From positions 1,713 through 45,064 of the forward strand of contig CAZYEQ010000001.1 of the NCBI GenBank assembly GCA_964646505.1: a DNA stretch of 43,352 nucleotides, given 5' to 3'. A model generated the notes under the pieces. The model did not search any database. It had not been told where the DNA came from and saw nothing but the letters and a program-made list of their open reading frames with translations. This document shows positions 34,178 through 42,957 of this stretch, piece by piece (position 1 is the stretch's first letter; each line of letters begins with the position of its first letter). Origin of the DNA: an uncultured Gammaproteobacteria bacterium (GTDB lineage Bacteria; Patescibacteriota; Patescibacteriia; Magasanikbacterales; UBA922). Position numbers and translations under genes: made by a program.

Positions 34178-35970
34178 AACGACAAAAGATCAATCGTGAT
34201 TTTGGCGCCCAGAGAAGGTGTTGTTGAGACGGTAAACGTTTGATATCCACTATGCGATACGGTAATACCGTGTTCGATGTCTGCAAGCGACGAAAAGTAT
34301 GCCTGGCCGGGTGGTAAACAACTATTAGTGTAGGTAAACACAACATCAGAAAGTACTGGGGTTACCGTAGAAGAAGCCGTGGAGAGAAATAGTCTGTACC
34401 GCATATATTCTTCGCCATCATGAACGGGTGCTATAACGGTATCACTTACCGTATAGTACGTATCCACATTACCGTCAGGCCCACGATAGCTCCACGACGC
34501 TGGGGAAGACGAAGCTGAGGTGGCAATTTGAAATCGCAGCGATGTGGTACCGGTATCAGCCACCTGTGCAAGTGGCTCCCAGACAATGTTGCCATAATTC
34601 ACATTTGCCCCAAAATCAAATGTCGATGACTCGAGGATACCATCACTCGCGTAGCCGCTACCGACTTGGCGCAACAACACGTTTCCTGATTGTGTCAAGG
34701 TGTCTACATTACTATCATCAGTGAAATACTGTGTTCCGGTCACAAACGTTTCTTGTCCCGGTCCATCTGACCAGTCTGTTTGGCGTAAAAACCCCACATC
34801 AGTGACTAGAGTAGAGCTGTACCCAAGGGATGATGTCACAACAACTGTCGCATTCGGAAGTGGTTGCTTGGTGACACTGTCTCGCACATTTACGAGAAGC
34901 GACCTCGTGGTGACAGGTCCAACCATAATGGAGAGGGGTTGCGCGGCACCGGCCAAAATGTTTACTGGTGTTTGAGGAATTGTACCCCGCACATCATAAC
35001 CCGTGACAGAAAAAGCATAGATATCGCTCCCAAGAGGAGTAAATATCCCCGTTCCAGTCCCTGCACCTGTGATAGTGCTTGATGCAATAATCGGCACATC
35101 CGGCGAGGTGCCTGCTAGCTTTGACCCTGTTACAGTCACAGGAATCGAACCAACCGCGCCACAAGCCGCGTTAATGGTTGACACATTGATCGTTGCAATC
35201 GGTTCAATGGTAAAACTTATTTCTGTAAGATCTTGCGCAACCACCGTAGCAGGCGGTTTATTTGGGTTAGGAACCGAGGCACTTGGCATGACTGTACCAT
35301 CACTCGTATAATTTTCTTTTGTAACGGTAATATGGTATGCGTTTACACCTTCAGGTAGGTCGACGATACGAAGCATGCCATCGTCATCAGTCGTGTCGAC
35401 AAAATCAAAAGTTGGGTTAGTTGATGTAGCTACTACGCGCACGCTGGCTCCTGCCACGGGTCGCGCCTCAACATCAAAAACATGAATGAAAAGTGCCCCA
35501 TGCGTCGGATCACCCTCAAGGTACCTCGGTCCTACAATAGTTGAAAGGGAAAGCGGACGCAGTTGTGTGCATGCACCTGTACATTCTATGTCAACATCAA
35601 CAAACTTATAATCTGCGGGGGCGGTATCGTTGGGCGACCCACCAATCGTGCCATCCGCAGGATCATCATAATTGCGAATGGTGCGTGTCATAGTAAACGT
35701 GATACCATTTCTTGTCGTTGTCACTGTTCTTGTAAGTACACCTGGTGGGCTTCCAGCAATGATACCCACATCTGAAAAGGTAAGGTTACGAATAATTTCG
35801 AGTTGTTCATTTAAAATACTTGTTTCTAAAATCCGCAACCGAGATTGATATACGGATTTAAAAATGTACTGAATAGTCGTGTAAAGTCCAACCGTAAGAA
35901 GAGCAAAAACACCGAGAGAGACGACAATTTCAATAAGAGTAAACCCTTGTTTACGCATAACGACAGGCAT
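34174..35970 (-). CDS. giant prepilin-type protein (598 aa) with CarboxypepD_reg-like beta-sandwich repeats
   Basis: MPVVMRKQG|FTLIEIVVSLGVFALL, followed by segments such as VFDVEARPVAGASVRVVATS...DDDGMLRIVDLPEGVNAYHITVTKENY. Confidence 0.8.
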   Translation of the reverse strand: MPVVMRKQGFTLIEIVVSLGVFALLTVGLYTTIQYIFKSVYQSRLRILETSILNEQLEIIRNLTFSDVGIIAGSPPGVLTRTVTTTRNGITFTMTRTIRNYDDPADGTIGGSPNDTAPADYKFVDVDIECTGACTQLRPLSLSTIVGPRYLEGDPTHGALFIHVFDVEARPVAGASVRVVATSTNPTFDFVDTTDDDGMLRIVDLPEGVNAYHITVTKENYTSDGTVMPSASVPNPNKPPATVVAQDLTEISFTIEPIATINVSTINAACGAVGSIPVTVTGSKLAGTSPDVPIIASSTITGAGTGTGIFTPLGSDIYAFSVTGYDVRGTIPQTPVNILAGAAQPLSIMVGPVTTRSLLVNVRDSVTKQPLPNATVVVTSSLGYSSTLVTDVGFLRQTDWSDGPGQETFVTGTQYFTDDSNVDTLTQSGNVLLRQVGSGYASDGILESSTFDFGANVNYGNIVWEPLAQVADTGTTSLRFQIATSASSSPASWSYRGPDGNVDTYYTVSDTVIAPVHDGEEYMRYRLFLSTASSTVTPVLSDVVFTYTNSCLPPGQAYFSSLADIEHGITVSHSGYQTFTVSTTPSLGAKITIDLLSL

Positions 35971-35982
35971 TTAGGTGCCGAT

Positions 35983-35991
35983 AGTATATCA
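35983..35991 (-). promoter_or_regulatory. extended -10 element (TGaTATACT) 12 nt before the pseudopilin ATG
   Basis: Minus-strand read is gaacTGTGATATACTatcggcacctaaATG. There is no clear -35 box. Confidence 0.3.
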
Positions 35992-36025
35992 CAGTTCGCA
36001 CGGCGCCGTCTTTTTTGCCATATAC

Positions 36026-36053
36026 AAAAAAATCCCCGCTTAGGGGATTTTTT
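36026..36053 (-). terminator. rho-independent terminator after rpsR
   Basis: AAAAAATCCCC-nnnnn-GGGGATTTTTT, symmetric and therefore bidirectional in principle. Confidence 0.7.
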
Positions 36054-36054
36054 G

Positions 36055-36291
36055 TTATCTCGGCACAAACGCCATAAGTCCGGCGATACGAGCTTGCTTA
36101 ACGGCTCGAGCAACTTTGCGCTGGTGACCAGCACATAATCCGCTACGACGGCGAGGGGCAATTTTGTAAAATGACGAAACGAAACGACGGAGCGTAAACA
36201 CATCTTTGTAGTCTACCACTTCTGCCTTATTGACACAGTAGTGACACGGACGTGTTGTACGCAACACTTTTTTTTGTTGTGGCATATACAT
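36055..36291 (-). CDS. rpsR: 30S ribosomal protein S18
   Basis: 78 aa, with CHYCVNKAEVVDYKDVFTLRRFVS...RRRSGLCAGHQRKVARAVKQARIAGLM. Confidence 0.95.
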   Translation of the reverse strand: MYMPQQKKVLRTTRPCHYCVNKAEVVDYKDVFTLRRFVSSFYKIAPRRRSGLCAGHQRKVARAVKQARIAGLMAFVPR

Positions 36292-36728
36292 TAAAACGGA
36301 ATATCTTCTACACGAATCTCACTCGTATCTTCTTCTTTTGGTGGTGGGGTACTCCCTCCACTGGTTGACACCGGCATCGATGCACCTGCCGCACCGGCAC
36401 GGGGTCCATCGAGCATAATCAGGTTTTCCACAATAATTTCAGTACGGTATTTTTTAACACCTGATTGGTCAGTCCAGTCGCGTGTTTCAATACGCCCCTC
36501 AACATACGCGCGACGACCTTTGGCCAAGTATTGCCCGGCGATTTCAGCAAGTTTTCCCCAAAGTACGCAGTTATGGTATTCAACCTTTTCTTGCTTCACA
36601 CCAGCCTGGTCTGTCCAGGTCCGGTTTGTCGCCAAAGCAATGGTCGTGACCGAACGCCCACTCGGGGTTGTACGCATTTCTGGGTCACGGGTAAGGCGCC
36701 CAATAATGGTTGCTCGGTTAAGATCCAT
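36291..36728 (-). CDS. ssb: single-stranded DNA-binding protein
   Basis: The OB fold begins MDLNRATIIGRLTRDPEMRTTPSG, and the acidic C-terminal tip ends ...EDIPF. Confidence 0.95.
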   Translation of the reverse strand: MDLNRATIIGRLTRDPEMRTTPSGRSVTTIALATNRTWTDQAGVKQEKVEYHNCVLWGKLAEIAGQYLAKGRRAYVEGRIETRDWTDQSGVKKYRTEIIVENLIMLDGPRAGAAGASMPVSTSGGSTPPPKEEDTSEIRVEDIPF

Positions 36729-36746
36729 ACGAGTGATTTAGATGAA

Positions 36747-37265
36747 TTATACTGAAACGATATCTTCTTCAAGAATCGCGTCAAGTTTTTTACTAATATC
36801 AGCAATATTGACATCGCTTGATTTAGTCTCAGCCTTTTCTTTTGACTCTGCTTTTGGTGCACGAGGTTTTTCACTCTGTGCTGGCATTGGCACAGAAGAG
36901 CCTTCTTCCCCATCTTCTCTTTCACGAGAAGCCGCAATGCTCATATTGGCAAACGCAATCTGTTCGTGTGGGGGTTTGTGGGCATCAAACGTACGTACGA
37001 TCACCCGAAGCATATTGTCGAGAAGACCTATTTTACCTCGAACCACCTCGATAACTTCTGGTTTTGCCTCAAAACGACCCAACAAGAAGTACCCGTAACG
37101 AATATGTTTTATTGGGTAGGCGAGGCGATTTTTACCCTTATGTTCAAGGGTAATGTGCGTGCCACCTGTTTTTTCAATCAGGTTTTTTACCGCATCGATA
37201 CGTGCCGGAATCTCATCTTCAGAGATGGTTCCTGCAATAATTGCGAGAATTTCGTAGTGTTTCAT
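36747..37265 (-). CDS. rpsF: 30S ribosomal protein S6 with long charged C-terminal extension
   Basis: MKHYEILAIIAGT...LEHKGKNRLAYPIKHIRYGYFLL. I prefer start 37265 over track start 37361. Confidence 0.9.
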   Translation of the reverse strand: MKHYEILAIIAGTISEDEIPARIDAVKNLIEKTGGTHITLEHKGKNRLAYPIKHIRYGYFLLGRFEAKPEVIEVVRGKIGLLDNMLRVIVRTFDAHKPPHEQIAFANMSIAASREREDGEEGSSVPMPAQSEKPRAPKAESKEKAETKSSDVNIADISKKLDAILEEDIVSV

Positions 37266-37351
37266 AACTAATGATGACGGGCTATGGGCCACAGAGTTCG
37301 ACCAACTATGGGCATAGACCACTAAGCGCTCACATGTCGTAATTGAGGCGT

Positions 37352-37380
37352 ACTGTAGCAAAAGTCTACACCATTGTCAA
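37352..37380 (-). promoter_or_regulatory. promoter for rpsF-ssb-rpsR (TTGACA-N17-TACAGT)
   Basis: Minus-strand read is TTGACAatggtgtagacttttgcTACAGT, leaving a leader of about 80 nt. Confidence 0.5.
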
Positions 37381-37410
37381 GCGAGCGTAGGAGGCAAAAA
37401 AAGAAAACTG

Positions 37411-37419
37411 TGCTATACT
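37411..37419 (+). promoter_or_regulatory. extended -10 element (TGcTATACT) 16 nt before the pilB ATG
   Basis: aactgTGCTATACTgtatacatctttttatATG, with no SD. Confidence 0.35.
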
Positions 37420-37435
37420 GTATACATCTTTTTAT

Positions 37436-39166
37436 ATGTTGCCTGTCACAACACTTACTCGTCTCCTTACCTCTCACTTCTCTTTATCTGAAGCAGACCT
37501 CGCTAAATACCAAAAAAAGGCTGAGGTTAGCGGAAAAGATTTTGAGCAATTTGTTCTTGATGAACGTATCGTTGAGGAAAATGAACTCTACACGGCTGCG
37601 GCTGAGGAAATGGGGGTTCCTTTTATCGCACTCAAGGGTAAAGAAATAAAAAAAGACGTTCTTAATACCATTACCGCCCCCCTTGCTCAAACCCACAATA
37701 TTGTGGCTTTTGAAGCAAATTCAACCGACATTTCTCTGGCCATGCTTGATCCGCTTGATATTCAAATGATCGAGTTTATTCAGCGCAAAACAGGGCTTAC
37801 ACCAAAAGTTTTCCTCACGACACCTACGGACATCAAAGACGCGCTACGCAGATATCATGCCGATCTAGAAAGCACGTTTAACATTGAAGAACTAAAAGAC
37901 TCTACAGGAAGCAAAGAAGATGGTGATCTTAAAAAGGCGGCCCAAGAACTACCGATTATTAACATTGTAAATAGCATATTAGAACACGCGGTATTTGAAA
38001 ACGCGAGTGATATTCACATTGAGCCAACAGAAAAAGAGGTAGTTGTTCGATATCGAGTGGATGGTGTACTTCGCGGCGTCATGACCCTCCCCAAAACTGT
38101 TCAAAACGGTATTGTCGCGCGTATTAAAATCCTCTCTAACCTCAAAATTGACGAACACATGGTGCCGCAAGACGGCCGATTCAAAATCAAAGTTCAAGAT
38201 GAGCGTTTATCATTTCGTGTGTCTATCATCCCTGTGTACGATGGAGAAAAAATTGTCATGCGCTTGCTTCATGAAGGACAAAAACCGCTCACGCTTGACC
38301 AACTCGGCTTTTTGCCTGAGCCAAGGGCGCTTGTTGAACGTGCCATTGAAAAACCTCATGGCATGATCTTAGTCACCGGCCCAACCGGAAGCGGTAAAAC
38401 GACCACTCTGTACTCGCTTCTGGGCATCTTAAATCAACCAGACGTCAACATTTGTACCATCGAAGATCCGATTGAATACCATGTAAAAGGAATCAACCAA
38501 AGTCAAATTAACCCCCGTGCCGGCTTCACCTTTGCCGCTGGTCTTCGGGCTTTTTTACGCCAAGACCCCGATGTTATCATGGTCGGAGAAATCCGCGATA
38601 AAGAAACCGCTGAAATTGCCATTCACGCGGCCATGACCGGACATCTCGTACTCTCAACACTCCACACCAATGACGCACCAACCACCATCCCTCGCCTTCT
38701 CGACATGGATATTCCACCGTTTTTGGTGGCCTTTACCGCCAACATCATCGTGGCTCAACGTTTAGTGCGAAAAATTTGTGACTTTTGCAAAAAGCCCTTT
38801 ACACTCGAAGCTGCCGCAATCGACGAACTAAGTCGCACCTTTGACGTTAAAAAAATTTTACACCTCTTTGAGAGTCAACAAATTAAACTTGAAAAAAAGG
38901 AATCTGACCTCAAAACCATGACTTTTTTTCGTGGAGAAGGATGCAGTCGTTGCGGATCGTCGGGTTATAAAGGACGTATGGGTATCTATGAGGTTCTCGA
39001 CATCACAAAAGACATGATCAATTTAATTAACAGTCGCGCCACAGCTGAGGACATAAAAAAATACGCGTCGGAGCACGGCATGATTACCATGCTTCAAGAT
39101 GGACTCGTCAAAGCGAAACAGGGTATTACCACCATCGAAGAAGTACTTCGAGTGACTCGCGATTAA
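37436..39166 (+). CDS. pilB: type IV pilus assembly ATPase PilB (GspE family)
   Basis: T2SSE N-domain, Walker A GPTGSGKTTTLYS, Asp/His boxes (VGEIRDKETAEIAIHAAMTGHLVLSTLHTND) and a tetra-Cys motif CDFC...CSRCGSSGYKGR. Confidence 0.95.
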   Translation: MLPVTTLTRLLTSHFSLSEADLAKYQKKAEVSGKDFEQFVLDERIVEENELYTAAAEEMGVPFIALKGKEIKKDVLNTITAPLAQTHNIVAFEANSTDISLAMLDPLDIQMIEFIQRKTGLTPKVFLTTPTDIKDALRRYHADLESTFNIEELKDSTGSKEDGDLKKAAQELPIINIVNSILEHAVFENASDIHIEPTEKEVVVRYRVDGVLRGVMTLPKTVQNGIVARIKILSNLKIDEHMVPQDGRFKIKVQDERLSFRVSIIPVYDGEKIVMRLLHEGQKPLTLDQLGFLPEPRALVERAIEKPHGMILVTGPTGSGKTTTLYSLLGILNQPDVNICTIEDPIEYHVKGINQSQINPRAGFTFAAGLRAFLRQDPDVIMVGEIRDKETAEIAIHAAMTGHLVLSTLHTNDAPTTIPRLLDMDIPPFLVAFTANIIVAQRLVRKICDFCKKPFTLEAAAIDELSRTFDVKKILHLFESQQIKLEKKESDLKTMTFFRGEGCSRCGSSGYKGRMGIYEVLDITKDMINLINSRATAEDIKKYASEHGMITMLQDGLVKAKQGITTIEEVLRVTRD

Positions 39167-39170
39167 ATGT

Positions 39171-40280
39171 ATGGCCGAAAAAAAACCACAACCGCAATTC
39201 ATTATTAAACTGAATCTTTTTGTCGAGCGCTTTTCACGCATTACCCTTATCCAAAAAATATTTTTCTTGGATCATCTACGGACCATGATTCACGCTAGCC
39301 TTTCTTTGGTTGAGGCACTTGGTATTTTGGAAAGAGAAATGGAAAATCCAAAACTTAAACGCGTGGTTGCGGAAATTAAAAGTGAAGTCGAAAAAGGCCG
39401 TGAGCTTGGTGAGGTTATGGAGTCGTACCCTAAGGTGTTTCCGGCGATGGCCATAAGTATGGTTCATTCTGGGGAAATTTCCGGACGCCTTGATGAGTCA
39501 CTATCGCAAATTGTTATTCAGCTCAAAAAATCTCACGCCCTAAGCTCAAGTATACGCAGCGCGCTTATTTACCCGGCAGTTATTTTAACGGCCATGGGTA
39601 TTATAGGTATTGTCATGTCGACTGTGGTGTTACCGAAACTGATTGAAATTTTTGACGAGTTCGATGCTGAACTACCACTTGCTACACGGGTTCTTATTTC
39701 TGCGGTGAACTTTCTCAGTAACCCGCTTTACCTTACCTTTGTTATTGCCATTACCATTGGACTTGTTGTTGGATATATTACGGCTCTTCGCAAAATTCCC
39801 GCCTTCCATCGTCTTATTCACAAATCAACGCTCAAACTTCCCATTTTCGGTCCTGTCATCAAACAAATTAATCTTGCACGTTTTTCCTTAAGCTTATCCT
39901 CTCTTTTAAAGAGTACTATTCCCATTATCGATGCTGTCGAAATCACCGGGCAGACCTGCTCCAATCTTACTTACCAAAGCGCGCTCAAGGAGTCTGCAAA
40001 TCAAATTAAATCAGGCAAACCTTTTTCTGAAATTCTTGCGTCATATCCAGATCTTTTTCCGCCTATGGTAACTGAAATGGTGATGGTGGGGGAACGTACA
40101 GGTGAAGTTGATCGTCTCCTTGCTGAACTCTCTGAATTTTACAGCGACGAAGTTGATAAAACGATGAAAAATTTTACCGTAATTATTGAACCGGTTATTA
40201 TCCTCCTCCTTGGTGTGGCTGTAGCTGGCGTCGCGATTGCCGTCATCATGCCGATCTACTCACTCACCCAAAATTTTTAA
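39171..40280 (+). CDS. pilC: type IV pilus platform protein PilC (T2SS F family)
   Basis: 369 aa. Two T2SSF repeats and 3 TM regions, with ...PLYLTFVIAITIGL... and a C-terminal IIEPVIILLLGVAVAGVAIAVIMPIYSL. Confidence 0.9.
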   Translation: MAEKKPQPQFIIKLNLFVERFSRITLIQKIFFLDHLRTMIHASLSLVEALGILEREMENPKLKRVVAEIKSEVEKGRELGEVMESYPKVFPAMAISMVHSGEISGRLDESLSQIVIQLKKSHALSSSIRSALIYPAVILTAMGIIGIVMSTVVLPKLIEIFDEFDAELPLATRVLISAVNFLSNPLYLTFVIAITIGLVVGYITALRKIPAFHRLIHKSTLKLPIFGPVIKQINLARFSLSLSSLLKSTIPIIDAVEITGQTCSNLTYQSALKESANQIKSGKPFSEILASYPDLFPPMVTEMVMVGERTGEVDRLLAELSEFYSDEVDKTMKNFTVIIEPVIILLLGVAVAGVAIAVIMPIYSLTQNF

Positions 40281-40282
40281 CT

Positions 40283-41374
40283 ATGTTTTCTTCTCCATTT
40301 CCCGGAGCATTTGCGATAGATATAGGTGACTTGTCTCTCAAAGTCGTACAGCTTAAAAACACCACGCGAGACGCCCAAAAACCTTCGTATGAAATAACAA
40401 ATATTCGCAGCACATCGCTCCCTGCGGGCTTTATTGTCAATGGCGAACTTGAGCAGCCAGAGCAGGTACGAAAATATCTTCAGCATTTGTTGGCCGGTGG
40501 AAAAGGTCATAAACCCATCCAGAGTCGCTGGGTGGCAATCTCAATCCCGGATACCCAAGGATTTATTAAACTCATTCATCTTGAAAAAAAGGAAGAAGAA
40601 ATTATTGAGGAAGACATTCTCTATGCCGCCAAAAGACATTTGCCATTTGATATTGAAGAATATTACATTGATTGGCAAATCATGCCGGAACATTCCATGG
40701 GAGAAAATACCACTGACATTCTTATTGGAGCGGCGCCAAAACGCATCTCAGACATGTATACCTATCTCTTTGAGAGCCTCGGACTTGGGGTGATGGCTCT
40801 TGAAATAGAGGCGCTCGCCACCGCTAGAGCAATGATTACCGCGAGCAAGTCATATGAAAATGAAGCAAGGGTCATTCTTGATTTAGGCGCGACGCGCTCA
40901 AGTCTCATTATCGCCGACCACGGGCACATCCAATTTAGTATCTCGCTTCCCTACTCGGGAGAAATCGTGACCACAGCAATTGCCCAAAAGCTCCACATTT
41001 CACACGACGAAGCGGAAAAGAAAAAAATTGAGGATGGACTAGAGTTTCAAAAGGGCGATGCGTGGTCTGTGATGGCCGAACTTACCGATCGACTCGCTCT
41101 CGAAATTCAAAAGGGGTTGGCGTTCTACGCCTCACACTTTCCAAAACCAAACACTGTAACACATATTACCATGTGCGGAGGCGCGTCAGCGCTCAAAAAA
41201 TTAGACGCGATTCTGTCGCTGAAGCTAAACATTGTCGCGAAACCCGGTATTGTTCATAAAAACCTTGGACTTAAAAAGGATCCCGCTCCCCCCCTAAAGC
41301 ATTCCTACGCTACAGCAATTGGCCTTGCCATACGCGCGGCCGACAATCCATTTTCTATGAGTGATCTCGTGTAA
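40283..41374 (+). CDS. pilM: type IV pilus assembly protein PilM (actin-like ATPase fold)
   Basis: The N-terminus AFAIDIGDLSLKVVQL, then ILDLGATRSSLII and ITMCGGASAL. The gene is positioned after pilC. Confidence 0.85.
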   Translation: MFSSPFPGAFAIDIGDLSLKVVQLKNTTRDAQKPSYEITNIRSTSLPAGFIVNGELEQPEQVRKYLQHLLAGGKGHKPIQSRWVAISIPDTQGFIKLIHLEKKEEEIIEEDILYAAKRHLPFDIEEYYIDWQIMPEHSMGENTTDILIGAAPKRISDMYTYLFESLGLGVMALEIEALATARAMITASKSYENEARVILDLGATRSSLIIADHGHIQFSISLPYSGEIVTTAIAQKLHISHDEAEKKKIEDGLEFQKGDAWSVMAELTDRLALEIQKGLAFYASHFPKPNTVTHITMCGGASALKKLDAILSLKLNIVAKPGIVHKNLGLKKDPAPPLKHSYATAIGLAIRAADNPFSMSDLV

Positions 41375-41377
41375 TAT

Positions 41378-41908
41378 ATGCTTCCTACACGTCTCAATTT
41401 TCTTTCTCCAGAAAAACGAAAACATCTCAAACAGTTGGCCAATTTGCAGTTTGCCAAAAGCACGGTAGAAATATGTTTAATTGTGTTTTCAATTATCGGG
41501 ACCGCGTGTTTGGGTGGATATTGGGTTCTTGAATCACACGTCGACTCACTCCTCTCACGAGTAGAAAGCACCGCTCGAAGAAATCGTGAAAAAATCATGC
41601 TGATCGAACAAATAAACGCATCAGTAAAAAATATAAAATCGTTCCAAAACGCGTATAAACCATGGCAGCCTTTCCTGGCTGAATTTTTCAGCATGATTCC
41701 CGACGGTATAAAAATACAAAACCTTTCACTGAATCGCGCTACAAAAAAATGCACCATGTCAGGAGTCGCGGCATTGCGAGACGACCTGCTCACCCTCCAA
41801 AACAGTCTTCGTTCAGCGCCATATATTGCCGAGGCCACAGTACCTATCGATCAACTTATTTTGCAAAAAACGGATGTTCCGTTTACGATTACGTTTACTC
41901 TCAAATAG
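41378..41908 (+). CDS. pilN: PilN-like bitopic pilus alignment protein
   Basis: LNFLSPEKRKH, one TM and a coiled segment, positioned after pilM. Confidence 0.7.
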   Translation: MLPTRLNFLSPEKRKHLKQLANLQFAKSTVEICLIVFSIIGTACLGGYWVLESHVDSLLSRVESTARRNREKIMLIEQINASVKNIKSFQNAYKPWQPFLAEFFSMIPDGIKIQNLSLNRATKKCTMSGVAALRDDLLTLQNSLRSAPYIAEATVPIDQLILQKTDVPFTITFTLK

Positions 41909-41909
41909 T

Positions 41910-42476
41910 ATGCGCGGCATGTCACTTAAGCTCCACTCCATTGTGTTACTCGGTATATCTGCTATTGGCATTTTAGCGATTATTGTTGGTATTGTCGTAC
42001 CCTCGATTAAACAAATTATCACTCTGCAAAAACAAATTACCGCCACTCAAACACAGTTTGAAAAACAGTACCGCGAGGCTACGGCGGTACGACGCTCTAT
42101 CCGCGAGGCACCTGAAATCGCCGATCAGTTGCGCCCGTTTACCATGGCAACTATTGCGGCCACCGATGCGCTTGACATGATCACCACGTTCGAAGGATTA
42201 GCAAAAAATAACGCTATCGAACAAACCATTAATGTCCGTTGTGAAACGGAAGCGCCAAAACCTGCCAAAGGCCAGAAGGCTCCTCCTATCAATCTTCCGG
42301 GGTGTATATTTAGTTTTTTAAATCACGGCACAGTCACACACCAATTATCCTACTTAGCCGCGCTAGAACGCCTGCCACAGTATCTCTATATCGACAGTAT
42401 GAGTTGGCAAAAAAGACGTGGTGGTGGACCCGAGGACGTTTCGGTGGAATTTTCAGCAAAAATTTATATTAGGTGA
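41910..42476 (+). CDS. PilO-like bitopic protein (hypothetical)
   Basis: ATG 41910 lies 1 nt after the pilN stop. One TM (IVLLGISAIGILAIIVGIVVP), a coiled coil, then a globular domain. The call rests on position only. Confidence 0.5.
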   Translation: MRGMSLKLHSIVLLGISAIGILAIIVGIVVPSIKQIITLQKQITATQTQFEKQYREATAVRRSIREAPEIADQLRPFTMATIAATDALDMITTFEGLAKNNAIEQTINVRCETEAPKPAKGQKAPPINLPGCIFSFLNHGTVTHQLSYLAALERLPQYLYIDSMSWQKRRGGGPEDVSVEFSAKIYIR

Positions 42477-42480
42477 CCGT

Positions 42481-42912
42481 ATGCAGATATTTAAAAAAAC
42501 TAAATCCACCTCATACCTCGCGACTACGAGCGCGTACAAACAGTTTAAAACTCTTAAAATTATTGGAGTTGTTTCAGGCGTATTGTTTGGCCTTGGATCG
42601 ATCGGTACCATGTTTTTTCTTTATCGAAGTGTTTATATTCCTATTGGAACATCCGAAAATATCATTATTACCGAACCACTGAGTATTGAGGTTATTGATT
42701 TTCGTGGCGTAGATCAAGTTGAAGAACAGTGGAAGAAAAAAGGCGCCATGGAAACGTCGCCGTTTTCACGCAACCCATTTTACCCAACTTCCACAACCGG
42801 CATCGCGACCACACCCACAAAACAAACAACCACAAGCACTGAACCAGAACCCCAACCGCAGCCATCTGAGCCAGCGACACAAAGCGCGTCTAGCATTTCT
42901 CATGAAAGATAA
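42481..42912 (+). CDS. hypothetical single-TM protein with Thr/Pro-rich tail, last gene of the pil operon
   Basis: MQIFKKTKS..., TM IIGVVSGVLFGLGSIGTMFFLY, and a C-terminal tail TTPTKQTTTSTEPEPQPQPSEP. Confidence 0.5.
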   Translation: MQIFKKTKSTSYLATTSAYKQFKTLKIIGVVSGVLFGLGSIGTMFFLYRSVYIPIGTSENIIITEPLSIEVIDFRGVDQVEEQWKKKGAMETSPFSRNPFYPTSTTGIATTPTKQTTTSTEPEPQPQPSEPATQSASSISHER

Positions 42913-42917
42913 ATCTC

Positions 42918-42946
42918 TTGACGAACAGTCACAAATTCCGTACAGT
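42918..42946 (+). promoter_or_regulatory. promoter (TTGACG-N17-TACAGT) 11 nt before ATG 42958
   Basis: TTGACGaacagtcacaaattccgTACAGTgtggttcttgtATG. Confidence 0.45.
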
Positions 42947-42957
42947 GTGGTTCTTGT

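Noticed and set aside
37266-37351. Possible S6:S18-binding autoregulatory RNA in the ~80-nt rpsF leader, which contains a duplicated GCCCAUAG.
   Set aside because: I could not fold a convincing conserved helix by eye or recall the motif consensus precisely enough. It needs an Rfam scan.
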